Made by a program: the position numbers and the translations under genes. A DNA stretch of 63,934 bases, the filler included, from Reticulomyxa filosa (Eukaryota > Protista > Foraminifera): the NCBI GenBank assembly GCA_000512085.1. It is 15 parts of 15 records of this genome, joined end to end, with 100 filler letters (N's around TTAATTAATTAA, not from the genome) between each part and the next. Parts side by side here need not be neighbours in the genome. Positions count along the whole stretch, not along the records: positions 1 to 4,255 come from ASPP01025024.1; positions 4,356 to 9,046 come from ASPP01023977.1; positions 9,147 to 10,817 come from ASPP01037160.1; positions 10,918 to 24,544 come from ASPP01018643.1; 11 more parts are not named here. The stretch is one strand, 5' to 3'. Positions 1-11,049 of this stretch are shown one piece after another. How positions within the stretch are numbered: position 1 is the first letter of the stretch; the number at the start of each line of letters is the position of its first letter. The notes below the pieces were generated by a model. It did no database searches, was not told the DNA's origin, and saw nothing but the letters and a program-made list of their open reading frames with translations.

Positions 1-1999
1 TGTATTGAGCCCTTTGGTGCTGTTCATCCAATGCTACTTGATATGCGTTGGGCTGACGAAATCGTCTAATGAGAATACAAGGAACAAGAATCCAGCTTGA
101 TAGCTTGTCCATTGTTCTACATCTAAGTCCGGCTCTTCTGAAAGTTGTAATCATCATTGCGGTCATTTGATTTTTTTATTATCAATTCAAAACTTAAACT
201 TTAATTTTTTTTGAACTCACTTTTGAACGTTACTTATGGAAGGAATTTGTTGAAGTGATTTTTTGAAGATAATCTTAAATTTTTGCAAATATATGAATTA
301 TTTGACAATGATTGATGAGTAATGTTTGTGAAGAAAGTTTGGAATTATTTTCTGCTGATCTCAATAGTTGACAAAAATGCAACTCAAAGAAAATATGTCC
401 CAAAAAAAAAACGACGGAGAGTGCATTTTTTTTCTTTTGTGTTTGAAAAAATTTAAGGTAACTGATATTTTACGTTGAAATCCGAGATCGCAAGATATAA
501 CAGATATGAAAGGTAGTTTTTGTTACAATCATAATTTTCTTGATATCATTATAGGGAATTACTGTTTTTTTTTATTATTGAGGAAGAAAAAAAAGAGAAT
601 ATCCTTTTACTTATGTACAATTAAATCAAGACAAGTGTATCATTTGTCCATGTTTTTTTTCAATGAAAAAAATTCTAAAAAGTGTTTTATCATTGCAGTT
701 TATAACAGGGACAATTCATTTAACATATCTTCTTGCTCCAAAATATAATATGGTTTAGTTCTTATGAAAAGCAAATTGGATATTGACAAAGGGATTAACC
801 ATAATAACAATTATTTATGGATTTAATTAGTTGTGGAATGAATTGAATTGCGGGTATTGTGTCTCAATGGCAAATCAGACTTAATTTAGTTTATGTTATT
901 TAAAGCGATCTCAATAAGAAATGACATGTGATATGTTTTCATATTAAATTACATTTTAAGTGCAACATAATATTAAAAAATTGGTATTTATTATTATCTA
1001 CATTAAAATGGAGCTGAAAGTTAGTTTTTATTACAATCATATTTTGTTTTATGAGAACCAAATAAAATAATAGACGAACACTTTATCATAACTCAGCATT
1101 TTTCAATGTATTCTCAAAACAATTACTGTTTTTGCGCACATTCATATATTTGAATTTCAACGTAAAAATTCGTTTGTTGAGTACAAAAGAAAGAAATTCA
1201 CTTCCCAACGAGGATGATATCAATTCGGAGCAATTTTCAAAATAAATTTTGAACGTTGGATCTCTACACTACTTTTTTTTTCTTGAACTTGTTGTCTTCA
1301 AGCATAAAACATTCAAACTTGGAATCCATCATTATCTTTTTTTTAATTAAAAGGTTTGCAAAGTTCAAGTAGAAATTGATAAAAAAAATAAATGACAGCA
1401 ATGATGATTGTAATTATCAGAAGAACTGGCCTTAGACAAGGAGCACTGAACAAAAGGCCAATCTGGACATTATCCTTTTGAATGTTTTATTAACCTAGTT
1501 CAATGTATTTTTGATTATCTTCTTCTAGTAAAAATCAATTAAACTAAAATATTTATTTTTAGTTTAGAATTGACTTAAAAATTATCGGTTTGAATTTTTT
1601 AAACGACACACAATATAAGAAAAAATTAGTATGAAATCAATTAAATCTATAAAAATTAAGCTTGTAATCCGATGGAACATTTGTGAAATGAATTAAAACG
1701 ACGTATTTAAAAGCATAAAAATCCGACATTAATCAAAGCTTGTGGGAGATTAGTTAATAATTTTGAAAAAATAATTTATAAATTATCAATATGAAAAATC
1801 AAAAAATTGCATATTTTTAGAGTATAAATGTAAGATATACTACTATCAATTTTCAGAAAATTTTCTTTTTTCATTATTGAGATATTTGCATTTAAGTAGA
1901 AAAATGAATGAAAATTCGCAATATCTCAACACTTTTGACGCAACTGTATGAAAGTTGATAAAAGAAAAACATTGATAAAAATGGAAAAACTTAATTTGA

Positions 2000-2270
2000 A
2001 GAACTTCTTTGTCAAAACTATTATTGTTTGGAATGTAAAGATTTTCCAAAAATATTTATTATGGTGTTTGCCTTGATGAAAATAGTCCAATTTCTCATCA
2101 AACAACAACGAGAAGAACAAATATAAACAAAGGTATACTATTTGGTCAACTACTCAAGGATATCAAATTGCTGGTTTTTCATTGTTGAGTAATTGCATGA
2201 CAAAGGTCCCAAATATTGGAATATTCAATTAATTACTTTGATCACAAGGAAGACAAATGCGTAATATCTA
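2000..2270 (+). pseudogene. Caspase-like (peptidase C14) pseudogene fragment
   Basis: Manual translation gives KDFPKIFIM-(1-nt deletion)-VCLDENSP, a decayed form of the caspase motif PKIFIIxACRG. It is followed by YTIWSTTQGYQIAGFSLLS. Frameshifts and stops are present. Confidence 0.6.
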
Positions 2271-2599
2271 AAAGTTATTTTCAATAAAATATGAAAATTG
2301 AACTGAAATTATTACATTAAATGAATAATCATAACTATGAATACAATTTATGCTTAAATAAAAGTATTTCTGCTAATAAAAAATTCATAGAATAAGTAAA
2401 ATTATATTGCCCTTCTATGAAGATTTTTGCATTGTAGAATTGTTGTTACTGATTATTGTGCACATCTTAGTTCAAAAGTTTAAACATTTTTTTCATCAAA
2501 GATTATCTCAAGAGAAAACTAAAAAAGTTACAAAAATGAACTTAAATTTATCAATCAAAGTTGAGTCCAGCTTGTCTTTAAGTTTTTACTCTTTATTTT

Positions 2600-3130
2600 A
2601 CTTGTGTGCTACACCAACACAAAATCCTCATTTGTGGACGTGATCAACAAAGGGCTTGTTACTTTTATCATACACTTAAAAACGAATACAAGTGTATTTG
2701 TGAGTATCCAAGTCATGCTAAATTAAACGAACACGTTGAGATAACAACAAAGACAGTAATTAAATCACGTTGTTGTCTTTTGGTGGAAATAAATTAAACA
2801 TATATTGGTGATGAAATATGTAAGTGTTTCGAGTAATATCACTGAATTAAATAATCACAATTAATTGGTTCCTTTCACAGACAATTACAATCATTGGAAG
2901 ATCATGATAATTATTTTGAAGTGAGTGCAGTGATTGATGGAATAAACAATCGTTTGTTATTTATCACTTATTATAAAAATATTAGCGTGTTTGAATTAAA
3001 TACATTTTAATTAGGCATACTAACTAATGGTTATTATATTTGTTATAATTGCTTTGTATAAAATTCAAAAAATGGATAAGGATAAGAAATGATGAAAACA
3101 AATGGAAAAAAAAATAAACAACATTATATT
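2600..3130 (+). pseudogene. Kelch-repeat protein pseudogene
   Basis: Fragments CVLHQHKILICGRDQQRACYFYHTLKNEYKCICEYP, ITLLSFGG, LVMKYVSV, VPFTDN and SAVIDGINNRLLFITYYKNISVFELNTF are spread over several frames with stops. The GG-type blade motifs fit a Kelch family expanded in foraminifera. Confidence 0.65.
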
Positions 3131-3861
3131 CTTTTTTTTTGTTTCAATATTTTTATTTGCATAGGAGCAATTCAATCGTTATTTAATATTACAACAGCTA
3201 AATATTCAAATTTAACATTAACATCTTTTTTATTCAAAAAAAAAAAATGGATAAAATTGTATTAAAATTTAATCATCATAACATAGCTTTAATTTAATAT
3301 CATCAACCTAATAAATTACTCATTTTGTATAATTTTGAGTAAACTAAAAATTAAAACAAAAAATTCTTGTCGGCTCTAAAAAAAGTTTTTGCAAGTTTTT
3401 TTTGAAGAAACAAAACCTTCTTTATTGGTAAAGAAGCAAAAATACTAAAAAATTAGAAGTTATTCTAGTTTCAACAAGTCCTTCATTTTACTCATATTCT
3501 CTTTGTACAGTTTTAGAGATTTGTTAATTGTTTGCAACGATAAAAAGAAGATTTCTTTGCAATAGTAAAAAAAACCTTTTTTGTAAATAATGGATGTCAT
3601 TATAAGTTCAATAAGACATAAAAATTTTTGTTTGTAAATACAAAGTTTATATTTATTAAACAAAAGAAATTCATTTCAATTTTTTATCGGCCCTTCGTGA
3701 GCTTAAAAAAAAAAGTTGAAAATAGTCTTTACGTCACAAAGATCATCTCAGGAGAAAAAAAAAATGGAAAGATACTTTAGCTTAGTAATGAAAGTTTCGT
3801 TTAAGTTGTTTTTTAGGTTTATTATGATTTTTTTTCTCATTTTGCTTTACGACTGAAACAG

Positions 3862-4255
3862 TCAAAAGAAGAAGAGATCCAAATCATTATCAATCATTGG
3901 ATTCGAACATTAAACATTAAATTAGGATGGATCAAAAATTTTGACAAGCTCGTTGTCAATTATGTTAGTTCATTTAAAGCAATCAAAACATTGTAATATT
4001 ATTTAACATAGGTGTATACTGTCTTCATGTTTGACACATTTTGTTCATCGTCCAAATTAATCAATACATTCACTGGACATACAAATATTGTGTGGAGCAT
4101 TGATTATTCAACATCTGATGATCGTCAATTCATTTGTTCTGGATCATCTGATAACACAGTTCGTGTATGGGATGTTGATAACAACAAACAAATTCAATCA
4201 TTCAACGGACATTCAAGTTATGTGCATTGTGTAAAATTTTCATCATATCATAATC
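3862..4255 (+). CDS. WD40-repeat protein (partial, truncated by contig end)
   Basis: Exon 3862-3963 (SKEEEIQIIINHWIRTLNIKLGWIKNFDKLVVNY), GT-AG intron 3964-4011, then an exon with FTGHTNIVWSIDY...ICSGSSDNTVRVWD...FNGH, which are canonical GH/WD repeats. Confidence 0.85.
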
Positions 4256-4355
4256 NNNNNNNNNNNNNNNNNNNNNNNNNNNNNNNNNNNNNNNNNNNNT
4301 TAATTAATTAANNNNNNNNNNNNNNNNNNNNNNNNNNNNNNNNNNNNNNNNNNNN
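4256..4355. other. Artificial contig spacer
   Basis: 44 N + TTAATTAATTAA (stops in all six frames) + 44 N. Confidence 0.98.
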
Positions 4356-5960
4356 TATAAATAAAAAAAAAAAAAAAAGGGGGATCGACATACAACAACG
4401 AGGTGAAAAAGAGATATTGTCAGTAGTTTTTGATCTCTTTTTGATAAATTTGGAAGATTTCAAATGCAAACCGGCAGCTTTGGCTTCTTCGAAAGTCATG
4501 GCCTTTGTGATGGCATCACGCTGTTGCGGATCTTTTTCTTGTCTCGCAAACTTGTCATCATCTCCTTCATCTTTGGACTTTTCATATTCTTGTCCTGGCT
4601 CTTGTTCATAGTCATGATCATCATTTTGGTTATCTTTTTCCTCGACTTTCTTTTCCTCTTCTGTCTCCAACAGGTCCTCTTCTTGGTCATATTCGAACTC
4701 ATTGTCGGTGTCGTCATCCAAGTCCAAAGTGGGCACTTCACGCAGTGACTTGGAGTTTGCAAGCTTGAAAGCATCATTTGCACTGTATTTTTTACTGGCC
4801 ATCGTTTTGTTTCTTTTCTCTCGATTTGGCGATTTGATGTCCATTCGATGCACTGAAAGACTTGTCGTTATTGGACTTTGGATTGGACTTTGGATTTGAT
4901 TTTGGTTTTTTATTTTCAATTTGTTCTTCACTTCCGTTCGATTTCGGTGTCGAGATTTCCTGCTCAATGTCAATGAACTTATGTACGAGTGCAATGTTGT
5001 TCGGTGATTGGCTGCCGTTATGTGCAGCATACGTTGCATTTGCTCGTCCGTCAAATTCACCAGTTTATTGCCATCTATGTTGTTCGATAAAAATGCATCT
5101 GCGTATTGCGATATCGTATCTTTGCCCAACACCCATTGCTGCACTTGCAATGCCGTCCAGTTACGAACATCATACGGGGACAGTGACTCCCCTACACTTG
5201 ATTTTGACACTGAATTTTCTGTTGAGAGTCCACCCTTTAAAGAAAGATATGTTGGCTGATTTTCTGATGTTGAGGGTTCTCGACTGTCTGAAATGAAAGA
5301 GCTCATTTTTGTAATGGATAATTACAACTTTACACCAAAAGGGACAACCCTTACTCCAAACGTTTTGCACAAGAAAAAAAACCTTAAACTTTTTTTTTTT
5401 ACCAGGACATGTACTAGTGTTTTCCCCTCCCTTCCCAGAAAATTTACCGGTACTATTACCAACTGTGCTCATGACAATATTGGTTTGCTGGTGCGTTCAA
5501 TGCTTTGTTATGCAGACCCACCCCAAACAAAATCCCTTCAACAAGAAAAAATGAATACCCTCCTGAAAATGAGGTGTATTTCTTCGATTGCTCACTTGTT
5601 CACAAGCGCTGGTCACAGAGTTTGGAAGAAGTTTGTCAATTTGTGATTGAAGAATCACTTAACTTTTTAGTTGGTTTTTTTATTTATTTATGTTGCAGCA
5701 TTTTTATGATGATTAGTGAAAACAAACTGTGTCAAAATGAGAGGATTGAAATATGCGGGTTTCATTGTTGTGTAGAAGTCTCGAACAATGATCGCCATGC
5801 GTTTTTCTCAATTTTTGTGATTAGTCAACACCCAAGAAGCTCATGTCGGAATGGCATTGGCGCATTGACGATAAAAGATGTGTTGGGCAAGTACATGACT
5901 TTTATCGGACCCAATTATGTGATAGAGTAAGTTCATCGTTTTTTGGAACTCTTCCTATTT
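4356..5960 (-). CDS. SAM-domain protein, multi-exon, 3' truncated; 5' end uncertain
   Basis: ORF 4308-5306 contains VRNWTALQVQQWV...QYADAFLSNNIDGNKLVNLTDEQMQRMLHITAANHRTTL (SAM domain) followed by an acidic low-complexity region. Short upstream exons near 5403-5487 and 5560-5665 can be joined through GT-AG introns. Confidence 0.75.
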
Positions 5961-8341
5961 CTTATTCCCTCTCCCATAACTTACCTGGTCGAGAGTAAAG
6001 GCGATCAATCACACCATTTACTCAGAGGAAAGGAAAACTTCAACCCTCTTGTGCACTCATAGTTCAGAGCGGATGATACTTTTCTCTTTACTGCTGATGC
6101 TTCGTGCCACAGTATTCGACTCAATATTTTGCTGTACAGACAGATTTGCGTTCTCGCAGATCTGTCTCCCAACATTTCCAATTTTTTTTTTTTTTTTTTT
6201 TTTTTTGGAAACAAAAATGAAGATGTCGACATTTCCAATGTTGGAATGAAATTTCGATCATTATTTTTGTTTTTACAATGAAGGAGGAGGAAAAAAAGGA
6301 AAGCAAAAATTTGTTTGCACGGTTTGTCCTTACCATTCTTTCACTTTTTTTTAACATTCGTCTATGGAAAAACAACATCTTTGGATATGTCAATCAACAA
6401 CAAAACAAAGACGTTTAAAACAACAACAAAAGAAACAAAAATAATAATACATCACTAACACCACTCACCTTGGATATTTTATGCAAGGGAGCGTTCCACC
6501 AGCAGATTGATGAGATAGGAAAAAGAAATCATGGAAAAAATTCAAAGTTGGGTTGGTTAAAACTTACCATTGCGTCACCAAAGACAAACTTACCGTCCCC
6601 CAATCTTCATGAATTAACACTTCAAAAAAAAACACAACCAAGTCTCTTTCAAGTCAATACAGTTAAAAAAACAATCATTTCTCACCTCTTTATTTGGCTA
6701 GCTCTCTCACTTGTCATCGCTCTGGTTAATTTTTTTTTTTGATCCGTTTTGTTTTCTATTGATTTGTTTTTTTTTTTCGTTCACCTCCAATTTATCGCTT
6801 TTTGCTCACTCACCTTTCTCAGCGTTTGCTTACCTTTGCTTTCGACTCAAGCAACAACGAATTGAATTGTTTTTCTTTGTCACTGTTTTTTCAACAATCA
6901 TCATTTTATTTATTTACTTGCGCTTTTGTTGGTTTTCCCCCCCCCCCCCCCTATTTTCCTGTCTTTTTCATGCCCCTTTCTTAAGAAATGCAAGCAATGA
7001 AATATGACAATTAAAACCTGTATTATCACATTTGTTCCCCCTTTTCAACATTTTGTTTACAAGTCTGAACGGTAAATCGAGTCCAACAAGATTACAAAAA
7101 AATTAAACAACTTCAATTTTTTATCCTCCCTCACCTCGACAAACACTCACCCTAGCTCTCTTCAGGGACAAGCCAAAAAATGCAAAAACAAATTCCGTTA
7201 TTCGGGTCATGACGGAGGCAAATTTGCAAATGTTTGTCTTTGCACAGCCAGTTACGACTTTATTTTCCAAAGTAATTTCATTTGGTTACCACGCTCCTCA
7301 CCCGGAAATGTTAGTTTTTTTTGCCATCCCGACGTACATTTTGCTGTTCGATAAGTTACGAACAAGCGCACAGGGAAGGAATGTATCATTGCCATTTGAA
7401 TTTTTTCCAGTTCACCTGACCCACAGAAGGGTCCACAAGAACTGCACGTAATCATACCACGTACAAAGTATGCCCAACATAGCGATGGGCAGCTTGTCTG
7501 TCATTTTTTTCTTTTTTTGGCGACGTTGCGGTTGCTGAGTTTTCAAACAAAAAACTTTGAATTGCTATTCCACAAATAATAAATTAGAAATCAACTCACC
7601 ACAAAAGAAGAAAAACCAATAATTGATTTGCTAAAAATGAGCCGAATCAATGCTTTCATTTTTGGTATATATTTGATCATTCGTTGATTTTTTTTTTTCT
7701 CTCAATGGTCAGGAAGCCCTTAGAAACACTGTAAGGACGCTAGTAATACTCATGTTTGGGGTTGATCGTTGGTATTACTTTGAAAAACTGTAGAAAAGTG
7801 TTATTTAAATAGATAATACTTGCTTTTTTGTTTTCATCGCTACTTTAAGAAAGTAAGCAAATACAGTCGCAAAATGACACAATTCAGGCCATCACTTTGC
7901 CAAAACAAAATAACAGTTGCATAAGCAATTTTATCATTGATCATAATTAGCGTGCTACGCGCTAATGAAGATATATCACATAAAAATTGTGTCTGTTAAA
8001 AGATAAGTAAAATGCAAAAAAAAGTCGACAATTAAAACAGAGTCTTTTCAAGATATTAATATTTAGTTTCCAAATATGCATGATTGTGTGCTTTGCTGTG
8101 CTTGTTAGTATGTCGAACAAGAACTTTTGGTTTTAAAAAAGACTACCAACTGAGTCTCATATTCGGTTTGTAAGGAATTTCGGATTCTAACATGCAATCT
8201 TCCATTTTTAATCAAATATAATATTTCAGAGTTAAAGGGTCAAAAATTGACGGCTTGACACAATCTTTTTGCAAGTATGTTGCTTCTTAGGTAAAAACCC
8301 CCTCTAATAAAAAATGCATTTTTTGCCCAAAGAAAGAAGAC

Positions 8342-9046
8342 ATGGCTGCATTTAATTTAATGGGAAAATTATCTAATCAAAATACCGCAATTGAATATGC
8401 AGATGAGGTACCTTCCGAAGCGAGCCGTGATAATATCGAATTACACGTATATGAGGACGACCAAGAAAAGGACGAAATAACGATTGACAATGATATGGCA
8501 AACGCAAACTTTGAAGACAAAGATGACGTTTTGTTTTGTTAAATTCTTTGTTTTTGTTTTTAAGGGCAAGGGAGGAGAGGGGGGGGGGGAAGAGGGACAA
8601 TTATGAAAAGACAAAATGTGGAAGAGTTGTAAAAAAAAGGGTGAACGAAAAAAATGAAACAATTAAAAAAAAAAAACAAAGCCTGAAACATATATGAACG
8701 TATACGAAGAAATAAAGAATGAGATAGAGAAGATCAACGGTAACTGTTCGAAAGTGGATAGTATTTCCTCTCTGTTGAGAAAAGCAACATCGAATTCAGA
8801 AGAAAAAGGTAGGTATATTTATATACACACATAATGCTATATACATATGTAACGCAAAAGCCAGTTTGTTTATTTTTTTTTTAGCTTTGATGACAATTTC
8901 TTAGAATAAATGATTAGTAATGGCTTTTTGAAAAAACGTTTGTTTATTTGTGACAAAAAAAAAAAAAAAAGAACGCAGTGGAGCAATTGAACAAAGTGAT
9001 GACAAATAATAGCAAATTAGTGCAATCAATAAAAAATAAGTTGAAA
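8342..9046 (+). CDS. Syntaxin (Qa-SNARE) N-terminal part, truncated by contig end
   Basis: Exons at about 8342-8527, 8682-8808 (PETYMNVYEEIKNEIEKINGNCSKVDSISSLLRKATSNSEEK) and 8972-9046 (AVEQLNKVMTNNSKLVQSIKNKLK) match the Ha/Hb helices of plasma-membrane syntaxins. Confidence 0.7.
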
Positions 9047-9146
9047 NNNNNNNNNNNNNNNNNNNNNNNNNNNNNNNNNNNNNNNNNNNNTTAATTAATT
9101 AANNNNNNNNNNNNNNNNNNNNNNNNNNNNNNNNNNNNNNNNNNNN
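9047..9146. other. Artificial contig spacer
   Basis: 44 N + TTAATTAATTAA + 44 N. Confidence 0.98.
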
Positions 9147-9968
9147 GGCTCCACTTGTTTCAATTGCAAGAATATGAAGATTAATGAAGTGATTGATTTA
9201 CTGATCAAAATAGTTTCTTATGGATGGCTCCCTAATGAAGTAATAGGCTGCATGGCGCTAAAAGAATCGAAACAATTTACAAATCAAAGAGCAATAACAC
9301 GCAATAGAACGACAACACAACATTCAAACAAGTATATGGCTTAAAGATTGCTCGGGAAAAAATTCAGACATTGCTTTGTCTCTTTTCTTATTATTATCTT
9401 CCCTTTGTCTATATACTGCCAGATTACAATGGCATAAAGTAATATTTACTGGTCATTAGTCGTTTGACCGATGATTTTGACTACTAGTTTTTTTCTTCTT
9501 TCTATTCAATTGTAGGAACTCAAACATGACAGTTGTAATGTATGGATTGTGTGCAAATTGTGGTTGTGCGATTTTTCATACATTGTTTGTCAACACTCAA
9601 ATCTTATCAAAAATACACAAAAATCGCTTTTCAATATGCTGCTATCTTTACTTTCAGTGATGACACTGTTTTGATTAGTTAATTCGGTCTAATATGGCCC
9701 AATACTGAGATTGTATATATTATTTTATTGTGGTTTTTCATTTCTTAATTTTAAATTGATAGTGCAATTTTAATAATTGAATTATATTCAAAAACACTGA
9801 TTTATCAAAATTAAACAAATAAAAATTATATCTTTCATATCAAATAAAGCAAATATGTTCAATCTCTTTCGATGATAAAAATAGTTTGGAACAAATTTCA
9901 AAGTGGAATTTGAACAAAAAACACACAAAAAAAGTTGGTGTTTGAATAAAAAAAAAAAATGCACAATA

Positions 9969-10817
9969 TTAAGAAAGAGAAGATAATGAAAGAATCACTT
10001 GACATTGAAACACATTGGTGTCAAAATAAAATTGAACCCATTCATGATCAATCTCTTTAATACTTTGAATAAATTTGGGAAAGTTAGATTGATAAAACTG
10101 ATGGAATTGGATTCGTTCAGTTGAATTAAGGTACAATTGAAAATAGGCTTGATTGGTTGATTCGTCACGACGATAAAATGCTCCATTTTGAATGGCATAA
10201 ATCTTTGCTTTTGCAACAAGAGCTTGCTTCACTACCGTTCTATTATATATTTCATCGAATTCAATATTCAATTGCTTTGAAAGGACTTTCATCAACTCTG
10301 CGTGACTGAGAGTTTCAATTGGTAATGGTACACATTCATTTGATTTATTTCCATTCATTATATTTTCTTTGAAGATTGTATTGTAATTTCTTTTTTTAAA
10401 TACAAAACTTTTGTATTCTTGATCTCTAAACCATTCATAAATCACACTGCCCAAACGAATTCGATATCCAACATTGTGACTTCTCAAATAACAATTTTGT
10501 GCATCTGTTTGAATTGGACGATATGGCCAACCTTTCACTATTGATGATATATCTCCCTCACGAGGAGGACTATTATCATTGCAATACAAATGACTCATAC
10601 TCTCATTGCTATCACTATCTTTCAATATTGTTGCATTTCTAATATATTCTTTTAACCATTCTTTGTTTTTATCAATATTTAAACTATTTAATTGGGAGTA
10701 TGCAACTAAATAAGGTTGAATCAATACACCATTCTTTGGATGAAGTGTATTCAATGGAACTGTGTCCATCCATCGATTATCCACTCGCACCAAAACAGAA
10801 TCCAATATTTTACACAA
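9969..10817 (-). CDS. Hypothetical protein, 3' part (5' truncated)
   Basis: 282-codon uninterrupted ORF in very AT-rich DNA running to the contig edge; no family recognised. Confidence 0.65.
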   Translation of the reverse strand: MCKILDSVLVRVDNRWMDTVPLNTLHPKNGVLIQPYLVAYSQLNSLNIDKNKEWLKEYIRNATILKDSDSNESMSHLYCNDNSPPREGDISSIVKGWPYRPIQTDAQNCYLRSHNVGYRIRLGSVIYEWFRDQEYKSFVFKKRNYNTIFKENIMNGNKSNECVPLPIETLSHAELMKVLSKQLNIEFDEIYNRTVVKQALVAKAKIYAIQNGAFYRRDESTNQAYFQLYLNSTERIQFHQFYQSNFPKFIQSIKEIDHEWVQFYFDTNVFQCQVILSLSSLS

Positions 10818-10917
10818 NNNNNNNNNNNNNNNNNNNNNNNNNNNNNNNNNNNNNNNNNNNNTTAATTAATTAANNNNNNNNNNNNNNNNNNNNNNNNNNN
10901 NNNNNNNNNNNNNNNNN
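10818..10917. other. Artificial contig spacer
   Basis: 44 N + TTAATTAATTAA + 44 N. Confidence 0.98.
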
Positions 10918-11049
10918 AAGGGAAAACAAATAGATAACACAAAACTAAAAACTAAAAAAAAAAAACAAAACAAAACAAAAATTAAAAAAAATAAAAAAAA
11001 ATAAAATAAAAAAATAAATAAAAACAAAAATTAAACCACAACAAAGTAA

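Noticed and set aside
5640-5940. In-frame TGA codons in a minus-strand reading, suggesting a reassigned genetic code
   Set aside because: They can be placed within introns. Well-conserved genes in the window use TGG for Trp and end in TGA, TAA or TAG normally.
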